A stretch of DNA of 64,000 nt from a virus. Taxonomy: Duplodnaviria; Heunggongvirae; Uroviricota; Caudoviricetes. The stretch's first letter is position 1. Each line of letters begins with the position of its first letter. A model generated the notes under the pieces. That model saw only the letters and a program-made list of their open reading frames with translations, was not told the origin of the DNA and searched no databases. The stretch is from IMG/VR virus record IMGVR_UViG_3300048593_000456, positions 26,514 through 90,513 of that record. One strand, given 5' to 3'. This document shows positions 52,928 through 63,167 of the stretch, piece after piece. The position numbers were made by a program, and so were the translations under genes.

Positions 52928-54556
52928 ATGAAAATTTTACCAATTTTGGCTTCAGATTCGTATAAACAATTCCACTACAAAATGTACCCCAAGGGCATGA
53001 TTAAGCTCTACAGCAACATGACACCTAGAAGTTTTAAGCGTCTAGGTTGCGATAAAGCTGTATGGTTTGGTTTGCAATATTATATTCAAGAATATCTTGT
53101 TAGACAATGGAGAACTAACTTCTTTAATAGACCGCTAGAAGAAGTTTTGGCCGAGTATAAGCGTTTCCATAAGCATTTTAGTTTTACCGAAGTAGATACT
53201 GAACACATCGAAAAGCTGCATAAACTTCAATATCTACCAATAGAAATTAGGGCATTGCCCGAGGGTACTCTTGTTCCCGAGAAAGTTCCTTTCTTTACTA
53301 TTACAAATACTCACCCGGACTTTGCTTGGCTTGTCAACTTTCTAGAAACTCAAATGTCAACGGTTATTTGGGATATGACAACAGTAGCAACTATTGCACA
53401 TATGTACCGCAAGCTACTAAATAAGTGGGCCGAAAAGACCGGAGACCCATCTTTCGTGCAATGGCAAGGACACGATTTCGCTATGCGTGGCCGAAGCAGC
53501 ATGGAGTCTACACTTAATCAGGCGGGGCACTTACTATCGTTTACGGGCACTGATACTATTCCTGCGGTATTAATGCTGGAAGAATATTACGATGCTGATA
53601 TCGAAACAGAATTAGTTGGTTCTAGCGTACCGGCTTCGGAACATTCAATTCAAACAGCGTATGGAAAAGAAAATGAAATAGATGGATTCAGTAGAATTCT
53701 GGATATTTTCCCGGAAGGTATCGTATCAATAGTCAGTGACAGCTTTGACCTATGGAGAGTATGTACTGAATACGTGGTTACACTTAAAGATAAGATTTTA
53801 TCTCGCAATGGTAAAACCACCATCAGACCCGATTCTGGCAATCCGGTAGATATCCTGTGCGGCCTTGAAATCACTGACGGATATGATTTGTACGATAAAT
53901 ATTTAGGTAATGATTTCAGTATTGATTACGATAAATACGCCATCAAAACAGATGATGGTAAAATTTATAGAGTTAAACCATGTTTTGGATACGAAGGAGA
54001 AATTTACTCTTTCGAAGCAAATAAGAATGAAGAATTAAGTATAAACGAAGTTAAGGGTGTTGTAGAGCTTCTTTGGGACGTATTCGGTGGAACTGTAAAC
54101 GAAAAAGGTTATAAGGTACTAGACCCTCACATTGGAGTTATTTATGGTGACAGCATTACTCTTGATAGGGCCGAGCGAATTTGTGCAAGACTTGAAGCTA
54201 AAGGCTTTGCTAGCACTAATGTAGTATTTGGAATCGGTAGTTACACATATAACTATAATACTAGAGATACATTAGGTATCGCAGTTAAGAGTACATACTG
54301 TGAAGTCATGGAAAACGGAGTCCTTGAAAGGCGTGAGATTTTCAAAGATCCCGTAACTGACGATGGAACCAAGAAATCTGCTCGCGGGCTATTATGCGTC
54401 AAGAGAGACGAAAAGGGCAAGCTTTACCTAAAGGATAGATGTACCGAGGAAGAAGAACGCGACGAATCGTTACTTACTACAGTTTTCTGCAATGGAAATT
54501 ATATAGTAGAATCATTTGCCGCTATTAAACAAAGGTTAGAAAATGAAAAAGCCTAA
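52928..54556 (+). CDS. nadV: nicotinamide phosphoribosyltransferase (Nampt/NadV)
   Basis: N-terminus MKILPILASDSYKQFHYKMYP matches the NadV signature; the length is right for NadV and the rest of the ORF is continuous. Confidence 0.75.
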   Translation: MKILPILASDSYKQFHYKMYPKGMIKLYSNMTPRSFKRLGCDKAVWFGLQYYIQEYLVRQWRTNFFNRPLEEVLAEYKRFHKHFSFTEVDTEHIEKLHKLQYLPIEIRALPEGTLVPEKVPFFTITNTHPDFAWLVNFLETQMSTVIWDMTTVATIAHMYRKLLNKWAEKTGDPSFVQWQGHDFAMRGRSSMESTLNQAGHLLSFTGTDTIPAVLMLEEYYDADIETELVGSSVPASEHSIQTAYGKENEIDGFSRILDIFPEGIVSIVSDSFDLWRVCTEYVVTLKDKILSRNGKTTIRPDSGNPVDILCGLEITDGYDLYDKYLGNDFSIDYDKYAIKTDDGKIYRVKPCFGYEGEIYSFEANKNEELSINEVKGVVELLWDVFGGTVNEKGYKVLDPHIGVIYGDSITLDRAERICARLEAKGFASTNVVFGIGSYTYNYNTRDTLGIAVKSTYCEVMENGVLERREIFKDPVTDDGTKKSARGLLCVKRDEKGKLYLKDRCTEEEERDESLLTTVFCNGNYIVESFAAIKQRLENEKA

Positions 54557-54911
54557 GTCGTACATATTTTTTCAAGATTCAACGCTCGTTATGCGGGAAA
54601 TACAGTGTAACGGAGAAGCTTCTGAGGATATAAAGTTATTTCTCGCGGGCATGTGTGTTGCAATTCGAAATATATTACAAATTAAAGATGTATTTTTTGT
54701 TAATTTATACTGCGATCAGTGCGACGGCCCTAGCTCAAATTTAGTTTTTGGCTCTAGTTATTATGCAATTAATGTATTTTTATACAAAAAAGATTTTTCT
54801 GAAAATTATAAAAACTTAATGACATTTTTGATATCAGTATTTGAACAATACTCAGAGCCTACTAAGGAACAAAAACTACAACTAGACAATTTATACAATT
54901 CAAATTACTAA
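54543..54911 (+). CDS. hypothetical protein
   Basis: 122-aa track ORF with ATG start. Confidence 0.35.
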   Translation: MKKPKSYIFFQDSTLVMREIQCNGEASEDIKLFLAGMCVAIRNILQIKDVFFVNLYCDQCDGPSSNLVFGSSYYAINVFLYKKDFSENYKNLMTFLISVFEQYSEPTKEQKLQLDNLYNSNY

Positions 54912-54920
54912 GGAAATAAA

Positions 54921-55928
54921 ATGACAAAACAATTATTAAAAAATCACGTAGCTATTCTTCTAGATACATCCGGATCTATGTATAATATCATAGGTGATAT
55001 GCAAAAAGTTCTACAACAAAGAATTGAATTTTTACGCAAGATGAGTCTTGACTTTAATCAGGAAACGCGAATATCAATTTATACTTTCGATGATAAGCCC
55101 GAGTGCGTAGTATACGATACAGATGTTACTCGGCCCATAGATTTAGGCAAATTTAAAGCAAGTGGATCTACCGCATTATTAGACTGTTTAAATCAGGCTG
55201 TTTGCGAATTAGAATTACTTCCAGAAATTCATGGTGATCACGCCTACATAGTTTATATTCTATCTGATGGGGGCGAAAACTATTCCAGATCAACTAACGC
55301 TAAAACTATGCTTCAAAAAATTAAGTCATTGAAGGAAAATTGGACCATTGCAGGATATGTCCCCAATATGGATGCAGGTAAGTATTTAGAATCTTACGGT
55401 ATTCCAAAGGGTAATATCGAACGCTGGGATGCCGATAAAAAGGGTATCGCAGAAGTTGAAGATACATTTGATAGATCTATGACTCAATACTATAGCAGCA
55501 GACAATCAGGCGTAAGATCTTCGCAAACAATCTTCTCGGGCCTAAAAGATGTAAATTCCGCCAATGTAACTAAGGTTCTAGACGAGTTAAACAAGAAAGA
55601 TTTTACTATTGTTATCAACGAAGACGTAAAGGCTTTATGGATTCGAGATATTGTAGAAAGTAAGACAAGTCTTAATTACATAAAGGGTAATTCTTACTAT
55701 GAATTAGTAAAGAACGAACATGTTCAGCCCAATAAAAATATTATCATTCAGAACAAAAAAACTGGTAAAGCATATTCTGGCGTTAATGCCCGTCAGCTTC
55801 TCGGGCTTCCGTCAAACATGGAAGTCAAGTTGAGTGTTGGTGACTACGGCGAATGGCTGGTGTATGTTCAAAGCAATTCGCACAACCGGAACGTCATTCC
55901 AAAGCAGAGGATTTTGGTGATGAAATAA
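54921..55928 (+). CDS. von Willebrand factor A (vWA) domain protein
   Basis: MIDAS motif VAILLDTSGSMYN plus downstream GSTAL and LSDGGEN. Confidence 0.6.
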   Translation: MTKQLLKNHVAILLDTSGSMYNIIGDMQKVLQQRIEFLRKMSLDFNQETRISIYTFDDKPECVVYDTDVTRPIDLGKFKASGSTALLDCLNQAVCELELLPEIHGDHAYIVYILSDGGENYSRSTNAKTMLQKIKSLKENWTIAGYVPNMDAGKYLESYGIPKGNIERWDADKKGIAEVEDTFDRSMTQYYSSRQSGVRSSQTIFSGLKDVNSANVTKVLDELNKKDFTIVINEDVKALWIRDIVESKTSLNYIKGNSYYELVKNEHVQPNKNIIIQNKKTGKAYSGVNARQLLGLPSNMEVKLSVGDYGEWLVYVQSNSHNRNVIPKQRILVMK

Positions 55929-55929
55929 C

Positions 55930-55957
55930 TTGACATGGCTTAAAGCCGTGTTATAAT
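55930..55957 (+). promoter_or_regulatory. consensus sigma70-type promoter (TTGACA-16-TATAAT)
   Basis: Upstream of a run of small membrane-peptide ORFs. Confidence 0.5.
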
Positions 55958-55971
55958 GAGAGGGACAAAGA

Positions 55972-56166
55972 ATGATTGGCGACATACTTGAAGCAGCATT
56001 TGCTGAAAAACGACGAAGGAAGGACAGTGGTGGAAAACTAATGGAAATCGCATGTAATTTTTTAATATGGATTCTTGGACTACTTTTATGGTTCACAGTC
56101 ATCTCAATTCCCATTTTGGCAATGTGGAAGTTCGTAGATTTAATAATTTATTCGGGGGTGTGTTAG
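55972..56166 (+). CDS. small membrane protein
   Basis: ACNFLIWILGLLLWFTVISIPILAMW. Confidence 0.35.
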   Translation: MIGDILEAAFAEKRRRKDSGGKLMEIACNFLIWILGLLLWFTVISIPILAMWKFVDLIIYSGVC

Positions 56167-56284
56167 CATGGTCGAGAAAATATGTGAGTGGCTCTTTATT
56201 GCGTTTATGTGTTTCGTCTGCATCCTGATGGTGATATGCGGCGGTTTTACTTCGGTGCGGTCTTACTAAGAAGGGTTTGGTAGC

Positions 56285-56515
56285 ATGGACGAAATCACAA
56301 AAAACGAATCATATCGCGAAGATTTCCAGTTTCTTTTCGTGTTTTCATGTATAGTCACCATCATGGTTTTGAGTTTGTCGCTTATTGTTTGGTCTTGGGA
56401 AAATGATCAGAACAAACGGCTAGAGCGGCTCGAAAAACTTAACGGCATCAAACAACCTCAAGAGCCTTGCGGTTGTTGTCCGCCGCTGGGTGTCTTGTCA
56501 GTTCAGGAGATATAA
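56285..56515 (+). CDS. small membrane protein
   Basis: TM segment plus C-terminal CGCCPP. Confidence 0.35.
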   Translation: MDEITKNESYREDFQFLFVFSCIVTIMVLSLSLIVWSWENDQNKRLERLEKLNGIKQPQEPCGCCPPLGVLSVQEI

Positions 56516-56518
56516 ATA

Positions 56519-57232
56519 ATGGAAATCGGTGACAGAATGAAAGATTACGAAAAAGCTTACGGTATGCAGGCAATGCCTAATTGCCCGATCATAGTTCGTA
56601 TCGACGGAAAAGCTTTTCATGGTTTTACTTCAAATTTGAATAAGCCTTATGATGACGGTTTAGTACAAGCAATGGATACTTTGACTTATGATCTTTGTAA
56701 TTTTAGTGATGCGGTTTTAGGATATACACAGAGCGACGAAATAACACTCGTGCTATCCAAAGAATCGCCAGAGCAAGAATTATTTTTCAACGGCAAAATA
56801 CAAAAGTTATGCTCTGTTCTAGCATCCTATGCAACTTATACTTTCAATAACATTTTCAAAAATGAAGGAAAAATGGCACTATTTGATTGCCGTGTCTTTT
56901 CCGTGCCAAATTTATCCGAAGCTACAAACTGTTTGCTCTGGCGAGAAATGGATGCAGCACGAAACTCAATTCAGATGGCCGCTAGAACTTATTATTCGCA
57001 TAAAGAATGTAATAATAAAAGCTTTTCAGATCTTAACGAAATGCTTATGAAACTAGATATTAACTGGCATAATTATCCCGCACGCTTTAAACGTGGCGGT
57101 TATATTAAAAAATTGAGAGATGAAATTACTGGAAAAAGACGATATTGCCCGTTAGATATAATTCCTCTAACGCAATATAATCATGAGCAAAGAGTTGAAA
57201 TTTTATTTGGAGATTTAGTCAATGTCAATTAA
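56519..57232 (+). CDS. Thg1-like protein (tRNA-His guanylyltransferase family, 3'-5' polymerase)
   Basis: PIIVRIDGKAFHGF and YTQSDEITLVL match the Thg1/TLP catalytic motifs RxDGxxFxxF and QSDE. Confidence 0.6.
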   Translation: MEIGDRMKDYEKAYGMQAMPNCPIIVRIDGKAFHGFTSNLNKPYDDGLVQAMDTLTYDLCNFSDAVLGYTQSDEITLVLSKESPEQELFFNGKIQKLCSVLASYATYTFNNIFKNEGKMALFDCRVFSVPNLSEATNCLLWREMDAARNSIQMAARTYYSHKECNNKSFSDLNEMLMKLDINWHNYPARFKRGGYIKKLRDEITGKRRYCPLDIIPLTQYNHEQRVEILFGDLVNVN

Positions 57233-57812
57233 TGTATTTTTTACTTCGGATTCTCATTACGGGCACTCAAATATTGCCGGGCCTAAAGTAAGCTCGTGGA
57301 GTTCGGGTTATCGTAATTTTAATAGTACGCACGATATGAATGAAGCACTCATTGATTCTTTTAATGAGGCCGGTGCTAACGATATTATTTACCATCTTGG
57401 CGATTGGTCTTTCGGTGGAAAACATAACATTGAAATGTTCCGCAAAAGTATTCGTTGCCAAAACATTTTCCTAGTTACGGGCAATCATGACAAGCATGTA
57501 TATGATCACAGGCACCTATTTAAATGGATAAAGCCCGTATGGGAAGGAAAAATTCATGATACATATTTTTACCTTCATCACTACGCACAACGCATATGGA
57601 ATATGTCCCACAGAGGATCTATAATGCTTTACGGGCATAGTCACGGCAGTCTACCAGACGACCCCGATCTTCTGTCTATAGATGTTGGTTGGGATACTGA
57701 ACTGTACGGACACGAAAAACATACATTGTATCATTACGACGAAGTCATGTCTATTATGAAACAAAAGAAGTGGACTGCTGTTGATCATCATAACACTAAT
57801 ACTACGGAGTGA
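57222..57812 (+). CDS. calcineurin-like metallophosphoesterase
   Basis: FFTSDSHYGH, HLGDWSFGG, VTGNHD, YGHSHG. Confidence 0.6.
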   Translation: MSINVFFTSDSHYGHSNIAGPKVSSWSSGYRNFNSTHDMNEALIDSFNEAGANDIIYHLGDWSFGGKHNIEMFRKSIRCQNIFLVTGNHDKHVYDHRHLFKWIKPVWEGKIHDTYFYLHHYAQRIWNMSHRGSIMLYGHSHGSLPDDPDLLSIDVGWDTELYGHEKHTLYHYDEVMSIMKQKKWTAVDHHNTNTTE

Positions 57813-57984
57813 GAAAATGGAAAAGTGCCCAAAGTGCAATTATGACGGACATTGGAAAACGCCCAAGTCTAAGTATATGCTATGTTATAAATGCGGAAAG
57901 CAATGGATTCCGGAAAAATCCGAAAAAGATAAAAAGGAATATGTAAGCGTTATTGATAAATTATATGAAAAAGTTGAATTTTAA
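57781..57984 (+). CDS. zinc-ribbon protein
   Basis: CPKCNYDGHW...CYKCGKQW. Confidence 0.4.
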   Translation: MIIITLILRSEKMEKCPKCNYDGHWKTPKSKYMLCYKCGKQWIPEKSEKDKKEYVSVIDKLYEKVEF

Positions 57985-58234
57985 ACCTAACCAGATAACC
58001 GCCATAGTAATAGTATTCGGTGGATTATTATTTATTTTATACGATTTGTTCGCACTGTTCATTTTTAATGAAGAAGCAACAATAAGTTACGTTGTAAATC
58101 AGTGGGCATGGTCAAGCCCGCTGGCAGTTTATATCGCCGGTGTAGTAACTGGCGGTTTGGCTGTACATTTTTTAGCATGGGCACCATTAGAAAAACAGGT
58201 AGAAAGAAAAAATGAGCAAGTTGACAATAGTTAG
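57953..58234 (+). CDS. small membrane protein
   Basis: Two TM helices. Confidence 0.35.
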   Translation: MINYMKKLNFKPNQITAIVIVFGGLLFILYDLFALFIFNEEATISYVVNQWAWSSPLAVYIAGVVTGGLAVHFLAWAPLEKQVERKNEQVDNS

Positions 58235-58667
58235 AGGTCTTCCGGGTTCGGGTAAAAGCACGCTTGCACACAAGCTAGCGGAAGCTGATGGAAATAGTGT
58301 GGTATTAGAAGCCGATCAGTTTTTTATGATTGAAAATGATTATAAATTTACGTTCGACTTTTTAACCGTGGCACATTCTTGGTGTCTCGGGCAGGCTTTT
58401 TATCATTTATTTCGCGGCAAAAATGTTATTGTAGCAAATACATTCGTCGAGTATTGGACAGTTGATAAATATATTGAGGCCGCTTTTAAAGCTAAAATTC
58501 CTTGGGAAGTGGTAGAACCAAAAACTAAGTGGAAAAGCGATACGGTTCAATTGGCCGAAAAGAACGTCCATAAGGTCAGTCAGGCCGCTATTCAAAAAAT
58601 GCTTGATAAATGGGAAACCACAAAAGAAATTATCACCAAACTTGAAGCAAAGGGCTGGGCCGTTTAA
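58212..58667 (+). CDS. P-loop polynucleotide-kinase-like (AAA_33) kinase
   Basis: TIVRGLPGSGKSTLAHKLAE resembles the T4 Pnk kinase-domain P-loop. No phosphatase domain is present. Confidence 0.55.
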   Translation: MSKLTIVRGLPGSGKSTLAHKLAEADGNSVVLEADQFFMIENDYKFTFDFLTVAHSWCLGQAFYHLFRGKNVIVANTFVEYWTVDKYIEAAFKAKIPWEVVEPKTKWKSDTVQLAEKNVHKVSQAAIQKMLDKWETTKEIITKLEAKGWAV

Positions 58668-58821
58668 TGGGTAAGGTCGGTATTTTTCTGGCGATACTAC
58701 TTTATATGTTTATCGCCGCCGGTAATTTAAAAGATAAAGATTATCCACATGCCATGATGTGGTTTTGTTACGGTTTAGCAAACGTGGCTTTGCTATGGTA
58801 CGAATATACAAAAGAGGTTTT

Positions 58822-59130
58822 ATGAATTATAACAAAGTTATAGTGGGCGGAAGGCTTACTAAAGACTCAACGCTAACTTCTACTGCCAGCGGAAAGAAAG
58901 TTTTGGAGTTTTCTATCGCTTGCAGCGATAAGTATGGAGACAAAGAAGAAGTGCTGTATTTAGACTGTGTCATGTTTGGTGAGCGGGCAGAAAAGGTCGC
59001 ACAATATTTCGTCAAGGGAAAGCAAATGCTGGTTGATGGAAAGCTGCGGCTTGAGAATTGGACCGGATCTGACGGAGTTAAGCGGTCGAAACATTCATTA
59101 CTCGTTGATAATTTTACTTTTGCAGGATAA
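58822..59130 (+). CDS. ssb: single-stranded DNA-binding protein (OB fold)
   Basis: AAGAGG RBS. MNYNKVIVGGRLTKDSTLT...VLEFSIA...VLYLDCVMFGERAEKVAQYFVKGKQMLVDGKLRLENW. No acidic C-terminal tail. Confidence 0.6.
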   Translation: MNYNKVIVGGRLTKDSTLTSTASGKKVLEFSIACSDKYGDKEEVLYLDCVMFGERAEKVAQYFVKGKQMLVDGKLRLENWTGSDGVKRSKHSLLVDNFTFAG

Positions 59131-59131
59131 T

Positions 59132-59374
59132 ATGAAGAACTTATTAATGATTGTGTGTGTATTTTTTCTTTCATTAGAAGCTGCCGGGGCGGATAAAACT
59201 TCGTCCGGGCGACCTAATTCCGGAAATTCTTCCGAATCTAGGAATTCTTTTCAGAGTAGACCAAATATTTTTGGTGGTCAAAGATATTATAGTTCTGGCA
59301 GGCCGGTCGGGTATTCTCGGCCAAACATTTATGGCGGTCAAAACTATAACTCTTATGGCACCAAAAAGAAATAA
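59132..59374 (+). CDS. small secreted repeat protein
   Basis: Signal peptide, then the repeated unit SRPNIFGGQRYYSSGRPVGYSRPNIYGGQNY. Confidence 0.4.
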   Translation: MKNLLMIVCVFFLSLEAAGADKTSSGRPNSGNSSESRNSFQSRPNIFGGQRYYSSGRPVGYSRPNIYGGQNYNSYGTKKK

Positions 59375-60846
59375 TGAAGAAAAAAATTAATGTTGATTTA
59401 AAAGATCTGGCATATGAAAGGGCACTATTGTCGGCCATATGTCAGATGGGACTGGAAGTATTTATTGATGTAGATTATATCACTAATGAAACATTCACTG
59501 AGCCGACAAACCAGATAGTATTCGATATTGCTAAAAAATGTATCTATGACGGTAGCACTCTAGATCTTTCTACTATTTTGAGCAAAGCTTCTTCTTTGGG
59601 GCTTGCGAGCTTATTTGAAAATAAAGACGAATTAGAATATATTAGATCTTTATTTAATTTTCCCGTAAACAAAAACAATGTAACAAATTACGCCGCAAAA
59701 CTTACGAAGCTAAAGCTTCTTAGGGATGCCCGCAAAGAGTTTCAAAAAGCAATGGATGGCCTTTCTCAATTTACGGGCGAGGAAGATATTGCGGATATTC
59801 TTACAAGTATTGAACAGCCCGGAAATAATCTGGCTCAAACAATATATAATAGCGATAATAGTAAGCCCGTAGAGATTGGCGTTAACATGTATGATTATGT
59901 AGTAGAATTACTAAATAATCCTGCGGGTTTCAATGGTATAAAAACTGGCATTGAAGAATTTGATAAGGCTCTCGGCGGCGGTTTACGCAATGGGTGCGTC
60001 GATGTTGTTGCGGCCCGACCTAAAACTGGCAAAAGTACACTCGGCCTACAAGTGTCGAAAAATCAGGATGTATTATCTATACCTACTCTGATAATAGACA
60101 CCGAAATGGATTCTGCAAGTCAACAAAATAGATTGCTCGCTAATGCTTCGGGCGTTAATGTTAATGATATTGCCGCAGGAAATAAAAGCTATGCAGAAAA
60201 AATGTTGAAGGCGGCAGAATCCTTGAAAGATTCTAAGATTGAGCATATTAATGTTTCCGGGCGTTCGTTTGATTCTATACTATCGATTATGAGACAGTGG
60301 ATCTATCGCAAGGTTGGATTTAATAATGATGGAACCGCAAAACCGTGCCTCATTGTTTATGACTATTTAAAACTTACGAGCGGCGATAATATCACTGAGG
60401 CTATGAAGGAATATCAAATTCTTGGATTCCAGATGACAAACCTACACAACTTTATGGTAAAATATAAAGTACCGTGCTTAGCGTTCGTACAGTTAAGTCG
60501 GGAAGATGATATCGCCCAATCGGATCGTATCTTGTGGCTCTGTACGAGCTACACCAAGTTCAAGGAGAAGTCTCAGCAAGAACAGGCCGATGATATCGCT
60601 GCGGGAGTTCCGGTGCCGTATAACCGCAAGCTAGAGCCTCAGGTGGCCCGTTATGGACCCGCTATGGACTTTGGCAACTATATCAATCTCCGCATGGAGG
60701 GCGAATATAGTAGACTTACAGTTGGCCCAACTAGAGATCAATTGGCCCGTGGCGTAAAAGTAGATGTTCAAGTTCCAGATATATCAAGTGTAGGACAAAA
60801 TGACGACGACACAAAAGAAATATCTGACGGCCCAGCAAATTCCTGA
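59374..60846 (+). CDS. DnaB-family replicative DNA helicase
   Basis: N-terminal DnaB-like LAYERALLSAICQ. Walker A VVAARPKTGKSTLGLQV. RecA-like core. Confidence 0.7.
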   Translation: MKKKINVDLKDLAYERALLSAICQMGLEVFIDVDYITNETFTEPTNQIVFDIAKKCIYDGSTLDLSTILSKASSLGLASLFENKDELEYIRSLFNFPVNKNNVTNYAAKLTKLKLLRDARKEFQKAMDGLSQFTGEEDIADILTSIEQPGNNLAQTIYNSDNSKPVEIGVNMYDYVVELLNNPAGFNGIKTGIEEFDKALGGGLRNGCVDVVAARPKTGKSTLGLQVSKNQDVLSIPTLIIDTEMDSASQQNRLLANASGVNVNDIAAGNKSYAEKMLKAAESLKDSKIEHINVSGRSFDSILSIMRQWIYRKVGFNNDGTAKPCLIVYDYLKLTSGDNITEAMKEYQILGFQMTNLHNFMVKYKVPCLAFVQLSREDDIAQSDRILWLCTSYTKFKEKSQQEQADDIAAGVPVPYNRKLEPQVARYGPAMDFGNYINLRMEGEYSRLTVGPTRDQLARGVKVDVQVPDISSVGQNDDDTKEISDGPANS

Positions 60847-61804
60847 TATATTAGAATCTTTTAAGATAGATTTTAAATATAAGGCCGGTACATACTCTTT
60901 TGCATGTCCCGTTCATAATGGCGATAATGCTACTGCATGTACAATTTTTGAAGGCAGGCACGATATTCCAAATTGGCAGTGCTGGACACACCAATGCCAG
61001 AATACATACGGCAAAGGACTTTACGGTTTTATACGTGGGGTTTTATCGGCCCGTGGCGGAGAAGAAGTTGATTTTAAGGCCGTAAACAATTTTCTACGTA
61101 ATAAGAATCTTAATTTTTTTGTTTCTATAGAAAAAACTCCTGCTAATCAGCAAAAGATTTTGACTCGGGCATTATCTGTAGGTACAAATAAGGTAACTAA
61201 AAATATAGACCGTGATTACATAAGAAAAAATCTTGTGTGTCCGTCTCCATATTTTTTGGGAAGAAATTTTTCTGCTGAAATATTAGACATGTTTGACGTT
61301 GGAGATTCGCATCAGCCCGGACGCATGATGCACGAAAGAGCAGTAGTGCCGGTGTACGACATAGATGGATCTTATGCTGGTTGTTGCGGGCGTACCATTG
61401 TTGAACATAAAGATAAATGGATTTATTCATTTAATAAGGGCAACTTTTTATACGGATTAAACCTCTCGTTGGAACATATACAAAAGTCGGGATGGGCAGT
61501 GATTGTCGAGGGAAATCCGGATCTTTGGGAGGTTTTCAGTCATGGTTTTCGTAACTCTGTGGCTATAATGGGAACAGCTTTTACTGATGAACAACTGTTA
61601 TTGCTGGAGCAAAGCGGTGCATTAAATTTATTAATATTTACAGACATGGATTCAGCCGGAAGAAATTGTGCAGATTCTATCGTTAAAAAGTGCGGAAGAA
61701 GATTTAATTATTACGTGCCTGAATACGGAGCGAAAGACCCCGGCGAATTAGGTGTGGAAGTAAAAAATATACTAGGTAATTATATTGATTTGGAGAAACT
61801 ATGA
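60800..61804 (+). CDS. DnaG-type DNA primase (zinc-binding plus TOPRIM)
   Basis: CPVHNGDNATACTIF...CWTHQC zinc site. TOPRIM AVIVEGNPDLWEV ... LLIFTDMDSAG. Confidence 0.65.
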   Translation: MTTTQKKYLTAQQIPDILESFKIDFKYKAGTYSFACPVHNGDNATACTIFEGRHDIPNWQCWTHQCQNTYGKGLYGFIRGVLSARGGEEVDFKAVNNFLRNKNLNFFVSIEKTPANQQKILTRALSVGTNKVTKNIDRDYIRKNLVCPSPYFLGRNFSAEILDMFDVGDSHQPGRMMHERAVVPVYDIDGSYAGCCGRTIVEHKDKWIYSFNKGNFLYGLNLSLEHIQKSGWAVIVEGNPDLWEVFSHGFRNSVAIMGTAFTDEQLLLLEQSGALNLLIFTDMDSAGRNCADSIVKKCGRRFNYYVPEYGAKDPGELGVEVKNILGNYIDLEKL

Positions 61805-62643
61805 AAAGTAAGGTTTTAGCTTTTTGCGGCAAAAAAGGTAGCGGCAAAAACACACTGGCGAATTTCTTGACGGGCTATCAGCTACGGGCGAATGAGATTA
61901 TCAAAGATTTTTCGCTTGATGATAAAGGTAGATTATTTGCTTTATATGATGCGAATGGTAAAGATGCCGAGGGGCTTTTAGATTTAAACAGAAATGATTT
62001 TGACTTCGGAGTTTATGCGTCACAAAGTATCTGGCCCTTCGTTAAGACGTATGCTTTTGCAAATCCTCTAAAGGATATATGTCATGAACTTTTTGAGATT
62101 CCTAGAGAATTACTGCATGGTACTGACGAAGATAAAAACACGGTCATGGAGCATCTTAGGTGGGAAAATATGCCGGGAGTTATGACTCCTGAAATGTCTA
62201 TATACGGACAAGACTATGTTGGAAAACATTCTGATGGAAGTTTCGAAGATGCTTGTTATTGGATGTATAAGCATGACCCCGGCCTTATGACTGTGCGTGA
62301 ATTCCTACAGTTTATGGGCACGGAAGTTATGCGTAAGATATACGGTCCGGTGTGGGTAAATTTATTAAAGAGACAAATTCAGTCAGAGCGGTCTGATCTA
62401 TCAATTATAACCGACTGCCGTTTTGATAACGAGATTGACGGATTAAAATCTCTACCGAGCGAAAGCTATGATGTAAAATTTGTATATCTTACGAGATATA
62501 TTAATGCTGACGACAAACATGTTTCGGAAAATGGAACTAATTTACAATATGCCGATCTTGTTCTTGATAACATGAATATGTCTTTAACAGATACGTGCAT
62601 CGCACTTCAAAAACAAATATCGGATTGGGGATGGCTTGAATAA
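61801..62643 (+). CDS. deoxynucleoside monophosphate kinase (T4 gp1-like)
   Basis: LAFCGKKGSGKNTLANF aligns with T4 gp1 LSGVKRSGKDTTADF. Also ITDCRFDNEIDGL versus VPDTRQDHEMDAA. Confidence 0.6.
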   Translation: MKSKVLAFCGKKGSGKNTLANFLTGYQLRANEIIKDFSLDDKGRLFALYDANGKDAEGLLDLNRNDFDFGVYASQSIWPFVKTYAFANPLKDICHELFEIPRELLHGTDEDKNTVMEHLRWENMPGVMTPEMSIYGQDYVGKHSDGSFEDACYWMYKHDPGLMTVREFLQFMGTEVMRKIYGPVWVNLLKRQIQSERSDLSIITDCRFDNEIDGLKSLPSESYDVKFVYLTRYINADDKHVSENGTNLQYADLVLDNMNMSLTDTCIALQKQISDWGWLE

Positions 62644-63149
62644 TGAGTAAAATAATTCTATTAGATCTTGACGGTGTATTAGTCGATTTTATATCTGGAT
62701 GCTTAAAAGTTTTAGGCAGGCATGAAAAACATGACGATATTAAATCATGGAATTTTTACAGCGAGTGGGGTATTTCAGATGAAGAGTTTTGGGAAAAATG
62801 TTCTACTCCGGGGTTTTGGTATAATTTAGAGTTATATCCTTGGGCTAAAGAGTTTTATAGCTCACTTAAAAAACATGGAGATGTTGTTATTTCCACATCG
62901 CCAAGTTCCCACCCTTTATGCACTCAGGAAAAAATTGCTTTTTGTCAAGATAAGTTAGGCATTAAAAGAAGAGATATAATGGTTGGAAAAAGAAAAGAAT
63001 TACTTGCAGGTAAAGGTAGAATACTAATAGATGATTACACTGAAAATATCAATATTTTCAATGGATATGGCGGAAACGGAATTTTGTTTAAACAGCCTTG
63101 GAATAACGGAATAGATCGCCAAGAAATAATTGAAATTATTAACTTATAA
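62643..63149 (+). CDS. HAD-family hydrolase (5'(3')-deoxyribonucleotidase-like)
   Basis: ILLDLDGVLVDF is the DxDGV motif I. Confidence 0.55.
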   Translation: MSKIILLDLDGVLVDFISGCLKVLGRHEKHDDIKSWNFYSEWGISDEEFWEKCSTPGFWYNLELYPWAKEFYSSLKKHGDVVISTSPSSHPLCTQEKIAFCQDKLGIKRRDIMVGKRKELLAGKGRILIDDYTENINIFNGYGGNGILFKQPWNNGIDRQEIIEIINL

Positions 63150-63167
63150 ATATTAACGGAGCACTTT